From Octopus sinensis (lineage: Eukaryota), in NCBI RefSeq assembly GCF_006345805.1, contig NC_043007.1, positions 26,598,001 through 26,662,000 of the forward strand: a DNA stretch of 64,000 nucleotides, written 5' to 3'. Position numbers and translations under genes: made by a program. The notes under the pieces are model-generated. The model was not told the DNA's origin and made no database searches. It saw only the letters and a list, made by a program, of their open reading frames with translations. The stretch's first letter is position 1. The number at the start of each line of letters is the position of its first letter. Shown here piece by piece: positions 1 through 13,514 of this stretch.

Positions 1-240
1 CAAAACTATGCTAATAGCTTGGAGTGAAATTTAGGATTTCTAGGTTTTTTCTGCGAATCGATTTTGATTAAATCTCTTCACAGCTTTTCTGCACACTGTG
101 GCAACTCCATTGTTATGTTTTCATTATTCTGTTTAACGTCCTTTCTTTTTTATTGCAGATTCTTCAACTTTAGCGTGAACCACGCCAATAGCTTTTGAAT
201 GAAAATAGCCCGTTTATCAGAAAATGAAGGGTAATGATTC

Positions 241-897
241 ATATTAAACATGCATTGAGTATATATTTAACAGAAAACCATAATAATATTATAGTATTTA
301 TTGCCGTAATGAATTATTTAGCTACATGAGCGCCATTTCGACGGATAGCTTTAAAAACCCTATTAGTCATGGAATCTGTCAATTTCTTAATAGTTGCAGA
401 TTGGAATGCCCCCGCTGCAGCTTTGATGGTCGCTCTGAAGACATCTTTGGGCGTAAATTGGCGTCCATTGGCATAAGCATTTTGTTTAATGATAGACTAA
501 AGATTTTCGAAAGGGCTAAGATCCAGTGATGCGAGCGGTCACAACATCAACCTTCCACTTTGCATACCGTAAGACTCTAAAAATATTTGAATGGTCCTAG
601 CAGAGTGGGAGGGAGCAGAGTGAGAGTCATGCATGAATGCGAATTACCTTAGAAGTGACAGCAGTATGTCATCTAGCCAGGGATCCAAGAGCTCCTTCAG
701 GAAATTGCGGTAAGCGGCTGTGGTCATTTTAACCTCTTAGGCACCCTTATTGGCCCAACAATATTCCTAGCTGTCACAGTCTTGAAGGTCCCTCAATCAG
801 AACGTTTTTCCTTGGTTCTTATGTGGCTAAATAACTCGCTATGTGAACAAACGATCATGGTTTTCTGTTAAATATATACTCATTGTATGCTTAATAT
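241..897. mobile_element. Inverted repeat pair (241-281 / 857-897) bracketing the Tc1 remnant; inner parts of long TIRs of an internally deleted element
   Basis: atattaaacatgcattgagtatatatttaacagaaaaccat versus the reverse complement of 857-897: 38/41 identical. The right side runs into (AT)n. Confidence 0.7.
314..770 (-). pseudogene. Tc1-family transposase remnant (DDE domain and C-terminus), probably DD37E/TRT type
   Basis: Manual translation: IVGPIRVP/EVKMTTAAYRNFLKELLDPWLDD..FMHD(SHS)APSHSARTIQIFLESYG..L*PLASLDLSPFENL*SIIKQNAYANGRQFTPKD..KKLTDSMTNRVFKAIRRNGAHVAK*. This matches the Tc1 motifs FMHDNAPSH and WPPxSPDLNPIENLW. It carries 3 in-frame stops and a frameshift. Confidence 0.9.
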
Positions 898-1126
898 ATA
901 TATATATATATCATGACCTTTTATTTTCTGAAGAAAATAGTCGTTTATACTATGGAAAAGGTTGAAAAACACAATGAAAATTTTAGAAAAAGTAAATATC
1001 TAAATGACTGGAAAACGAACTGGTAAGTTTGTTAAATAATAAGCCACTAAAAGAGAATGACTCTCCCCAGACGCAATAAAACAGGCTTCAACACACATGA
1101 AGAATCTTGCAAACCAAATACAAGAG

Positions 1127-1130
<4 letters not shown>

Positions 1131-1161
<31 letters not shown>

Positions 1162-1174
1162 TTATATATATATA

Positions 1175-1265
<91 letters not shown>

Positions 1266-1272
1266 TATATAT

Positions 1273-1308
<36 letters not shown>

Positions 1309-1638
1309 CATAGCTATATATACATATTTATCTATATATATATGCATATACGAATTATATATGTATATATATATGTATGAATGTATCTATATCTATGTAT
1401 CTCGTTATTTCCCGCCGTCTCTCTGTATATATATTACACAATTATTACATACGTACATTCATACATGCATACCTATACATACACATACATACATATATAC
1501 ATACACACATACATAAGTACATGCATACATACATATGTATATACATATACAAACATATGCAAATACATCAGTAAAGTATAATTTTGTGAATATCTATTAC
1601 GCTTCTTGTCACAAGCTCTTTTGCTCTCGCTCTCTCTT

Positions 1639-1684
<46 letters not shown>

Positions 1685-2133
1685 CTCTCTCTCTCTCTCT
1701 CTCTTTACCCGTTCTCATCTATCAAGTACCGATATACGTATTTTGAGCATGCATACATTCACACGCATTTTTATATATGTTATATACATGTGTGTGTGTA
1801 TGGCCGTGCGTGTGTGTGTGTGTACCTGTGTGTGTATGAGCGTGCGTGTGTGTGTGTCTGTATACCTGTGTGTGTTTGTGTTTGTATCTGTATGCCTGTC
1901 TGTGTTTATGTGTGTGTGCAGGTTATATATTTTTATGTTCACACACACACACTCACAGATATATACGTATGTCTGTGTGTGTACATACATTCATACATAC
2001 ATACATACATACATACATACGTACATACAAACATACATACATACACACATACACACATACATATATACATACATACATACATACATTCATACATACATAC
2101 ATACATACATACATACATACATACATACATACA

Positions 2134-2165
<32 letters not shown>
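1131..2165. repeat. Compound microsatellite block (AT)n, (TACA)n, (CT)n, (GT)n
   Basis: Seen directly; explains the YI/HT/VC ORFs. Confidence 0.97.
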
Positions 2166-2166
<1 letters not shown>

Positions 2167-2618
2167 TTTCTAGCTCATAGATCAGAAGTATAAATTCTTG
2201 TTGTTCTCTCTACATGCCAAAAGGAATATTTGTGTTTAGTATTGCAAACAAGCTATGAAACAGCACAATAACTCTGAAATTCTAGATGAGATGAATTTGT
2301 ATTGTCTCTGGAACTATGGAATACAAATGCCTCTTATTTATTTGAAGTTCCGAGTTCAAATCCCTATACATCGGCAAGAATTTCTTCTTACAATCTAAAA
2401 CCCCACCAAAATGCATTCTACAGTGTAGAATAGTACCCTTTTGGGGGAAAGAATATATCCCGCTGTACTACCAGGGCAAAAACTAGGACTTAAAATTTCT
2501 TTTTGGCTTTCTGAAGAAGCGGAAGTTCATGTATGTTTTCTCAATTCGTATTAGCTTTGGAACATTGATTACTCACCATATAAGGCAATAAGTATGCCTG
2601 TATATTGCATGTGGTGGA

Positions 2619-2688
<70 letters not shown>

Positions 2689-3429
2689 ATATTCGCAGAG
2701 ACATAGTGTATTATCTTGCGAATATCTACCACGCATTTTTCCATATCGTCCTCTGTATCTCTCTTTTTTCTCGATTTTTCTCACCAACTTCCCCTCTTTC
2801 GTTGTAAGTATACTCACACATACTTTATATATGCACATACATGCATTTTGTCTTTCCACCCGTGATCTCTTAGATGATTATTCAATCGCGTTACAGATCT
2901 GCATGGTTTGATGTATAAGTAACAAACGGAAGTTACAACTTTCTGTGCGCTTCCGTCTCGTTATGTCAGGTTACCGCTCTTCCATTGCCATTTCAGAAGA
3001 TTGGATGACAAATGAGGTCACCATAAAGAGACACCCGTACATCACTGGATTATAGTGATAAACCGTTAAACAACACTCATATATAAATACACTCATACAT
3101 ATATATAGACATGCATGCTGATTGCACCATCTTCACAGACGAAGGCCGTCTCCTTGCGCGTCCTCGTTATAGGTGACGTTTCTGAGTTTCCATCCATGAC
3201 CTCTTAGATGATCATTGAATCACATTGCAAGTCATCATGGTTTGAAGCACTGGTGACAGACGAAACTTGTGATTTGCAGTGCGCTTTCGACTGGTTATCT
3301 CGGTACTCGCAAGCTCTTCTGTTGACGGAGGACATTCCGCAGATAAGATACCAAATTAGGTCACCAAAGAAAGAGACATATGTACGTCGTCGTGTTACAG
3401 GGGATAAACGCTTGTATAACACTATAACA

Positions 3430-3962
3430 CACATACATACGTACATTAATACATGCATACATTCATACATACATGCATGCATACATACATGCATGCATAA
3501 ATACATACATACGTACATGCATGCGCGCATGAATACATACATACATGCATGTATGCATGCATGCATACATACATTTATGCAGCCATACATACATACAAGC
3601 ATGTATGCGTGCATACATACATACATACATACATACATACATACATACATACATACATGTTGGAGCACTATTTTTGTTTGAAAAGCGAAGGGAAATATAA
3701 TACATACATATATACACACATACATACGTGCATGCATACATGCATACATGCATACATATTTACATGCATGTATGCATACATACAAGCATATATACATACA
3801 CACATACATACATACATACAAGCATATATACTTGCATGCATACATACATACATACATACATACATACAAACATACATACATACATATATACATACATCCA
3901 TACATACATACATACATACATACATACATACATACATACATACATACATACATACATACGTA
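3430..3962. repeat. Degenerate (TACA/TGCA)n microsatellite
   Basis: Seen directly. Confidence 0.97.
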
Positions 3963-4529
3963 TATGCATTAGACTATGTACCTTCAAATTTACACAAAAA
4001 CCTATAAATACTAGATTTTACAGAGAAAGAAGAAAAGAAACTTACGTGAATAATAGCAAAGATCTGAAACATAAATTAAATACAATCGTTTCAATACTAT
4101 TCAGCTTATATAAATGATTGTGCCACAGATTACACAGGAACTGTATAAATTTATCCATGACTGAAGAGCACGATATGGTTTCCCGTCAGACGCATTTTGT
4201 TACATGTCTAATAAGGTCGCACTCTCCGCTATTAACCCTGTTATTTATCACACATTGTCATTTGAATCTTGCATTCTCCGAAAGAAGAATGATGCTGAAA
4301 CAATTGTAATCAATTTATGTTACATAGATATCTGCATCTCTTTCTTTATATGTTTCATTACAAAATATTTACAAACTAGTTTTGCCAGTGATAGGATCCA
4401 CCAGCGGGGTTATCCTGTTTCCCCTTGTATAAGTCGTTAATTTTATACTTGCTTTTTAACACAAGAACAAAAAAATAAGCAAACACATCTAGGGCGCGAT
4501 TACACCTAAAAAAAAAAACAAGTTTCCTT

Positions 4530-4766
4530 TTGGAATCATACCGACTCATAATGGCCGATTTCCCGGTTTCATGGCGTATAAATACCCCTTCTGGACAGGT
4601 CACCGTTCTGTCGCAGGGTCACTGATTTTTGCCACCTGACTAGACCGGGGCAACTTGAAATGGAGTGTTTTGCTCAAGAACACAATGCGTCACTCGGTCC
4701 AGGAATCGAAATCATAAGCTTACGATCATGAGTCCAACACTCTAACCACTAAGCTACGGGCCTCCA
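4530..4766 (-). mobile_element. tRNA-derived SINE, family C (head ggcgcgtggcttagtggttag), diverged
   Basis: Reverse complement has a tRNA-like A/B-box head followed by tgttcttgagcaaaacac; similar to copies at 12510, 25525 and 44395. Confidence 0.7.
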
Positions 4767-5076
4767 CTCAATTATATATACAGAGCAAAGCTAAAAAATT
4801 TGAGAAAGAAAAAAGAAAACAATTTGCAAGGAGATTTAACCCAAATTAGGGTGCAGCACACACTAGAGTGCGCGTTATAGAGTGCGAGACAATGTAGTAA
4901 ATAGCGTTCATGAATTGTGGTGAACCAGCTGTTTGTATTGAGTGCTACGTCAGGAAACCACCGTGATTTTACTCAAATTTACATTTATAAATATGAATAT
5001 CTATATGAATGCATGTGTGCGTGTGTTTGCGTGCATGTGTTTATGAGCTTTTGTGCATATATATATATATGTATGT

Positions 5077-5119
<43 letters not shown>

Positions 5120-5194
5120 ATGTTTGTATGTATATATAAGTATATGTAGTTACATATATATAAATATATCTACGCACACTTCATTTCCTTTGTT

Positions 5195-5227
<33 letters not shown>

Positions 5228-5859
5228 TTATTTCTCTCTCTCTCTTTCTTTCTTTCTCTCTCTTTCTTTCTTTCTCTCTCTCTCTCTTTCTGTCTCTCTC
5301 TCTCTCTCTCTTAATGTGCCCACACGTCCCCTGACATATTCGCTCTCTACCACTTTCGAAGCGGAATGCCAAGCTCAAGCCATAACTCACAACGTCTGAC
5401 TAAAACTACGTGTAAAAACATCGTTAATTCCTCGGGACGCAGGAAGTTATTTCCAAGATAACTGCCTAACCTAACACCGCACCGTACACCGGTGAATAAT
5501 TAATGCAGTCCTGCGACAAAATTACTTCCGATGTAACCGGCGTATTGATATTATTGGTGGTCGGTCGGTCTGTACAACGCTGTCACAGACCACTTCGGTC
5601 GACATCAAGTTAACACCGCGGGGCGAAGTACTGTGTCAATTTCTCTTTGACTGACTCCTTACAAGCACATTCTATGATATGTTCTTCAATTATTCACGTT
5701 TCTTCTGCTAATGTTATGGCCGCTAAGAAAACCGTTGGCGTAAAAATCTTGACAGGAAGCACAATAGATTCATATTCTTAACTAAATTGCCACATAATTA
5801 CATCTCAACATCAGCATCCCTCGTTCGCTTTGTTTTTCGAGACCATATGCAAGGGTGTT

Positions 5860-5871
5860 CGATTGTGCTTA

Positions 5872-5909
<38 letters not shown>

Positions 5910-5937
5910 CATATATATACACACACACACACACCAT

Positions 5938-5990
<53 letters not shown>

Positions 5991-6118
5991 TATATACATA
6001 TACACACACATATATATATATACATATACATATATATATATATATATATATACGTATAGATATACACATATATATATACATATACACACACATATATATA
6101 TATACATATACATATATA

Positions 6119-6161
<43 letters not shown>

Positions 6162-6300
6162 TATATATATACGTACATATATTATATATATACATATACA
6201 TATACTATATATGTATATGTATATATATAATATATATATATATATACTATATATCTATATATATATATATACATACATATATAATATATATGCATTCAAA
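5860..6300. repeat. (AT)n/(AC)n microsatellite block
   Basis: Seen directly. Confidence 0.97.
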
Positions 6301-6547
6301 CAGACACACAATTACAGATACTGATGTGTGTGTGGTTTCGTGAGTGGATTTCATATATGTGCGCATGTGTGACGGCGCATGCATGGATGGGTGTCTGGAC
6401 ATGCGGTAATCTTTCTTTCTATAACGGATGTTAATTTGTAAGCTGAATAATTGTATAGGATGATGTGTTTGTATGACATGATTCGCTGTGTGTACATTAA
6501 TACGTACGGCTATAAATACGTAAACAAATATGAACACACACGCAGAC

Positions 6548-6583
<36 letters not shown>

Positions 6584-6618
6584 AACACGCATACACTCAC
6601 AAACACTCACACACACGC

Positions 6619-6653
<35 letters not shown>

Positions 6654-6768
6654 GTATATATATATATAAATGTATATATACATGTACATATACACGCACA
6701 CATTTATATATATACATTTATATATATGTATATATTTGTGTTTGTATGTCCCTCTGTTTCTCTCGCCT

Positions 6769-6851
<83 letters not shown>

Positions 6852-6920
6852 GTTTGCCCTAGGAGTCGGGAAGACGCTCGGCAAGAAATGGAAGCAAATT
6901 TGAAAGAAGAAGAAAAAAAA
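6852..6920 (+). mobile_element. Short 3' end of a (TAA)n-embedded non-LTR retrotransposon (Dong/R4-like)
   Basis: About 70 bp of unique sequence ending gaagaagaaaaaaaaa, with (TAA)n on both sides. The family assignment is inference. Confidence 0.4.
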
Positions 6921-7252
6921 ATAATAATAATAATAGGGAGTATAAATCCAAACTTACAGGGAAAATTCAATTTAGTATTAAATCAAATTTCACAATATAA
7001 ATATATATATGTACATACCTATATATATGTATATATACATGCATATATGGGTACAGGACATCAAAAGACGTTGAACAAAATAAGAAACGAAAACATAAAA
7101 ACAAATAGTGAGGTCTGTTAAGCCAAGACGATGGAAAATATATTCTGAACGCTTAGGAAATACATATATGTATGTATATATGCATATATTTATATATTAT
7201 TTATATTATCATATGATCGAAAGCCACGCATCGTTTTCCAAGTAAGTATTAT

Positions 7253-7300
<48 letters not shown>

Positions 7301-7303
7301 TTA

Positions 7304-7404
<101 letters not shown>

Positions 7405-8276
7405 TACAGGAAAGGAGGGAGAGAGGGATAAAATTGTACACATACTCACATATATATATGTGTGTGTGTGTTTTTGCTATACATATATATTTACACATAT
7501 ATATGTATATATGTGTAAGTATGTATTTGTGTGTGTGTGTGTGTGTGTGTGTTCGAATGTTTGTGTTTGTATGTGTGTGTATAAATACGCAAGTGTATGT
7601 AATTATGTAAGTACGTATGTACTTACATACATACACATGTATATAGGTATTAAAGTATACACGTATAAGGAATTAAAAAATCTCATGGCAATATACCGAA
7701 CGGAATGTAAATAATAACCAAATAATAATAAAATATAAAGAACAGTAGTAATGAATGTGTCGTCTCTCAGTTTGGTTATATACAAGTAGGTATAAGAATT
7801 GTAATTCTCCTGAGGAATCGAATGAAGTACTTCTTAACCTTTCACGTCTTTGCTTGTCTCAGTCTAATACTCGAGTGTCAAACTTTGGGTCTCTGCTGAG
7901 ACATAGAAATCTAATCTAAAGAGATAAGAATAGAGATAAAATGATTTAATTCGTCCTAAATTTCATTTCTCTGGGAAAATTCAAGAACCGTTTTATACTC
8001 CATCCAATCATTCCTTTCTAGTTCCATCTGTTTCTGGAAACGTCGCGGGGATAGGGGTTTTCGTGGATGTCGTCCATAGGGCCCTATCAAAAGTAACCGC
8101 CATTAGACATGCCCGCTGGATTCTCAAGAATGGCCAATAGAGACTATGGATGTTATCTAACCATCACGTTCTTGATCTACCTCTTGGCTGGTTTAGCTTG
8201 GAGAATCCGCAACGAGATTCCTTCCAGCGACATTCTAATCTTCTAATCGCATATCTGTAGAAGCGGAGCTGTGACC

Positions 8277-8452
8277 TCTCAGTGTGAAGAGATAAGGGAT
8301 CGCCATGGAGAGATAAAGGTTCGCCTCTGATCTCCAAGCTACGCACTCCGTCGAGTCACGTTACTCCAGAGATCCTTGATAAGGACTACATGTCACCAGC
8401 TTCCATTCGCTGTTGTACTCTTTCGGCCATAACCCTACGTTCATGACCATAG

Positions 8453-8526
<74 letters not shown>

Positions 8527-8572
8527 TCATATATAATATATATATATATATGTGTGTGTGTGTGTATGTATG

Positions 8573-8606
<34 letters not shown>

Positions 8607-8836
8607 TGTATATATATATATATATATTAAATTAGAGATAAAACCACTATTAGGCAGATCAAACAATGAAAAACTTAAGCCAATACATAAAATTAATTAA
8701 TTTATATTATTTTAAATATGGCGACATGTCGTCCTTCTCAAGGATCTCTGGAGTAACGTGACTCGACGGAGTGCGTAGCTTGGAGATCATAGGCAAAAAT
8801 TTATCTCTCCATGGCGATCCCTTATCTCTTCACACT

Positions 8837-8840
<4 letters not shown>
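8277..8840. repeat. Inverted repeat, about 122-bp arms (8277-8398 / 8719-8840) around a microsatellite-containing spacer
   Basis: tctcagtgtgaagagataagggatcgccatggagagataaa...gtcgagtcacgttactccagagatccttga is mirrored at 8719-8840 with roughly 7-8 mismatches. Confidence 0.9.
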
Positions 8841-8907
<67 letters not shown>

Positions 8908-8934
8908 TATGTATGCACATATGTATGTATAGGT

Positions 8935-9305
8935 GCAGGAGTAGCTGTGTAGTAAGAAACTTACTTTCCAACCACATGGTTTCGGGTTCAGTCCCACTGC
9001 ATGGCCCCTTGGGCAAGTGTCTTCTACTATATCCTCGGGCCGACCAAAGACTTGATTTGCTAGACGGAAACTGAAAAAAGCCAGTCGTATATATATATAT
9101 ATATATATGCTTTTGTATCTGTGCTTGTCCCCACCAACAAGGCTTGACAACCGATGCTGGTCTATTTACGTCCCCGTAACTAGCGGTTCGGCAAAAGAGC
9201 CCGGTAGAACAAATACTAGGCTTACAAAGAATAAGTCCCGGGGACAATTTGCTCGACTAAAGTCGGCGTATCAGCATGACCGCAGTCAAATGTTTGAAAC
9301 ACATA
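8935..9305 (+). mobile_element. tRNA-derived CORE-type SINE, family A (central AT/GT microsatellite)
   Basis: Head gcaggagtagctgtgtagtaag, CORE-like ccttgggcaagtgtc, tail gaccgcagtcaaatg..gaaac; homologous to the other family A copies. Confidence 0.85.
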
Positions 9306-9358
9306 AATATATATATAGATATAGATATAGACATAGATAGATAAAATAGATAAAATAA

Positions 9359-9411
<53 letters not shown>

Positions 9412-9644
9412 CATATATATATATATATACATATCTATTTACCAATCTATCTATATGTGTGTGTATCGATATATATAATTAATTAATTCAGGCTAACAAA
9501 AATTTTAGAAATTTTTTACTACCAATGACCTAGCGTGTAGAAAAATTAGTCAATAGATTATATACTTTTCATATAAATACAGTGTACATTTAAGCACATA
9601 AGAGGTACCCTAAGATGGTTACCTCTTATGTGTTTAAATGTACA

Positions 9645-9695
<51 letters not shown>

Positions 9696-9752
9696 TAGAT
9701 AGATAGATAGATAGATAGATAGCTAGATAGATAGATAGATAGATAGATAGAT

Positions 9753-9789
<37 letters not shown>

Positions 9790-9794
9790 CAGAC

Positions 9795-9847
<53 letters not shown>

Positions 9848-9882
9848 ACTCCATCTATATATATATGTACATGTATATAGAT

Positions 9883-9971
<89 letters not shown>

Positions 9972-10204
9972 GTAATCGTTAAACTTCTGATGCAAATATT
10001 AAGTTGTAATATTTATAGATTCCTATTTCTCTTTTTTCGTGCAGAGAAAATCGAAAACAAATAGATCGACAAGTTTGGGTGTGACACATTCGTAGGTCTA
10101 TAAATTATAAATTTGACAGACTACAAGAGCGACGTAGTTTGATGCAAGTGTTTGAAAACTCAATAAACGAAATGTGGATGCGTGTGAGAGTTGTCAGTGT
10201 TTGT

Positions 10205-10835
10205 AGGTATGTGTATGTGAGTGTATGGGTGTATTTGTGTGTGTGTGAGTATTTGTGTCTGTATGTATAGGTTTCTGTATGTATGTACGTACGTATGTTT
10301 GTATGTATGTATGTACGTACATATGTATGTGTTTATGTATGTATGTATATATATATGTATGCATATATGTACGTACGTATGTTTGTATGTATGTACGTAC
10401 ATATGTATGTATGTAAGTATGCATATATGTATACATGTATGAATATATGTTTGTATGTATGTATATATGTACGTACATATGTATGTACTTATGTATAGGT
10501 TTGTGTATGTATGTACGAACGTATGTCTGTATGTATGTACGTACATATGTATGTGTGTATGTATGTATGTATATATATGTATGCATATATGTACGTACGT
10601 ATGTTTGTATGTATGTATGTACGTACATATGTATGTATGTAAGTAGGTATGCATATATGTATACATGTATGTATATATGTATGTATGTATTTATATATGT
10701 ATGTATATATGTACGTACATATGTATGTACTTATATATGCATGTACGTACATATGTATGTGTGTATGTATGTAAGTATGTATGCATGTATGTATATATGT
10801 ATGTATATATGTATGTATATATTTACGTAAGTACG
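10205..10835. repeat. Degenerate (TGTA/CGTA)n microsatellite with higher-order repeats (atgtacgtacatatgtatg)
   Basis: Seen directly. Confidence 0.95.
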
Positions 10836-11814
10836 TTTGTATGTTGATACTCCTATCATGTCACTGGTCGGTGAAAGAAAATTAGTAAAATATTTATATT
10901 TAATCAAATTATTGTAAATTACACTTCTCTTTTATTCATATGTATAGAAGAGGAGAAAATGTGGAGGTTGAAATTCCAGGTTCAAAGCTGTGCTATGAAC
11001 GATTGCCAGACCAACTGCTTCTGTGAGACAGCTTTACGTCTCATCACAACACTCATTGCGATGGCCCTCATTTTGATGGCTCTCATCAATATACCTTCCA
11101 CAACAGGTTTTTTTTTACCATTGTCTCTATTTTCAATTCGATTTATATATCTAGCAGTGACACGTATTTACTTCACTTATTATTCTCACTTCGCATCGTA
11201 ACCTGGAAGTTCAATTACAGATCATATTTCTGGTGATAAAAATAAGAGTGATCACATTTCCAGGCGTTGTATATTACTGGCTGCTAAGGTGTATATAATT
11301 TCTCACTGAGGTAGAGTTGGCAATTATGAACTGGTGATTAAACAGGTAAATAACCAGGTAAATAAACACGGGTGCTACAAAGGATATTTGTTGTGTGGTG
11401 AAATAGTATACCCTTCTCGGAAAAAAGTGGTAGATGTCAGCCATTATAAATAAACAAGTAGCCAATCGTCAAGAAAGGGTCGAGAGTCGAAGAGTTGAGA
11501 GACGACAGTTAAAAAGGATATCTTGTGGAGCTGTCAGCGATAGTAAGACAGGAGAATTTAGTGTACTATTATTCCGGTACGAAGAGATACAACGGTATCT
11601 GATGACTAGTAACTATTTTGGCTACTAGTGTAAAACAGCAACTACAGTACAACGGCAGTCACACATCACACCAATGGGAGGAAACCCACTTTACAACAAT
11701 ATTCTACATAATATTAGTGAATTTCAGTAGATAGAGATTGTGGTTTCATGCAGGGGCTGTTTGGTTGCATGGTTGTTTCTGTTGTGGCATGCGACTTTGG
11801 AAATGAAAATAATA

Positions 11815-12379
11815 TTGGGTTTTCCAGAAAGTTCGTACCGATTTTTAAAGGAATGAAAATGTCAATAAATAATTGCCATTACATTTTTAATCAACCAAAT
11901 ATGAACCATTTTGTTGCACAATGCGTCTCCATCTTTCCTTTAACTTGAAAATACCCTCTTCCCAGAACTGAGGTGGCTTGGTGGCAAAGAATTCATCAAG
12001 GTATCTTTTTACGTCATCCAAGGAATTGAAATTTTTACCATTAAGACTATTCTGCAGAGACCTGAATAAGTGGAAATCCGAAGCAGCAATATCTGGTGAA
12101 TATGGAGGATGGAGTAACACATAACAGCCGAGCCGCAGCAATTTTTGTCTGGTTCCCAAAGCATCAAGTGCCGAAAATGAACTTTCTTATCTTCCATTTT
12201 AAAGGGTTACAGAATGAACACAGGTTATAGGAACATAAACCTTCTTCCACGAAAAGACAGCTTAAACTGTGCTCTAAATGGATGTGTAGTCAAATCCTAT
12301 TTTATGGACTCAACCATGTTCTAAAATAAGTCGAAATGTAAGCTACTATAAATCAGCATGAACTTTCCGGACAACCCAA
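11815..12379 (-). mobile_element. Non-autonomous mariner element, copy 1 (565 bp, TA target duplication, TIRs)
   Basis: TA|ttgggttttccagaaagttcg ... catgaactttccggacaacccaa|TA. ORF 11887-12159 contains HPPYSPDIAASDFHLFRSLQN..FWEEGIFKLKERW (mariner YSPDLAPSD motif). The rest of the transposase is deleted. Confidence 0.93.
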
Positions 12380-12509
12380 TAGTATCTTAGCTAACTTGAA
12401 AGTTACGTACATTAAAATGTTCACGATACCAATGAGTTTTTGATGAATATTATCTAATTTCGAAAATTGTTATTCGAGCTGCTTGACTGTTTCTAAACTT
12501 TTTAAAACT

Positions 12510-12814
12510 GGTGCTCCGTCGGTTACGACGAAAACCATTCCAGTTGATCCGATCAACGAACATCCTACTTGTGAAATATCACTCCACTGCTGCGCGTACT
12601 ATTAGCATAGTTCTCAGGGAGATTCGGCGAGAAACAGAATGTGACAAATTGGCTCCTTTGAATCACAGGTACTTCTCATTTTTGCCATTTATGTGGGCTG
12701 GAGGAATGTGAAAAAAAAGTGTCTTGCTCAAGGACAAAACGCACCCGTACGAATCGAACTCACAACCTCACCATTATCGGCCGAATAACCTAACCACTAA
12801 GCCACGCGCCTTCA
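12510..12814 (-). mobile_element. tRNA-derived SINE family C inside the tandem unit (also about 14212-14516 and 15893-16196)
   Basis: Reverse complement begins tgaaggcgcgtggcttagtggttagg (A box) and gtgagttcgattc (B box), then tgtccttgagcaagacac. Confidence 0.8.
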
Positions 12815-13420
12815 CTCGCTGCAGGTTAGTCCTGCTCCAACAGACCTATGATTAAATTTGTCTTCGCCGTGACCAACCAATCTTATTTTCAAACATAGTA
12901 TATCTAGGAATATTTGATTTAACGTGACCTTAGCATCAGGTCACATTTGTTCCGGCAAATCCATTATCAAAAACGTCCTAGCTGTGACCCTCTTATTTTA
13001 TATTCAGATTTGTGTCCCTATGACTATTTGATCTCTTATAATCCTTTATTTTTGTTCTTGTCAAATCACTGGCCAGTCCTCGTCCGGCAGATCAGTGACC
13101 AAAGACTAGCTAAATCTAGAAGGAATGGTGGACCGAAGCGATGAAATTGCACACTGCTTATAACGTCTTCTCACAGATAAAAATCAACACTCAAATGATA
13201 ATCTTGACGGTCGATATCTCTGTCTCAGACTTTGATTCTCAATCGTTAGGCATAAAGATAGTGAGAGATAAGAACTACTTTTTCCTTAGATAATTTAGTA
13301 TCTTTGTACCTAAATACAATTCAAATAAGAGACGACACCTTTACTACTAGTGACTAATTTTTCGTTTTATTATATTTAATATTCTATTCTATACATTACC
13401 AAATTTTTTTATTAATATAT

Positions 13421-13483
<63 letters not shown>

Positions 13484-13514
13484 CTATTACCACAAAAAAA
13501 TTTTTTTATATACT

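Noticed and set aside
3175-3209. Degenerate hammerhead-like motif (minus; CUAAGAG...GAAACGUC)
   Set aside because: G5 is missing and stems I and II pair poorly; kept only as a trace, not annotated
7806-7835. CUGAGGA..GAAGUAC near the 8.3-kb inverted repeat
   Set aside because: No GAAA, only a 2-bp stem II and no stem I
10945-11110. Possible exon (AG at about 10947; MWRLKFQ...TTLIAMALILMALINIP hydrophobic stretch)
   Set aside because: No recognisable protein family, no convincing donor site and no partner exons; needs RNA-seq
11230-11710. Possible solo LTR on the minus strand (starts TGT at about 11708)
   Set aside because: No second LTR, primer-binding site, TSD or clear CA end found
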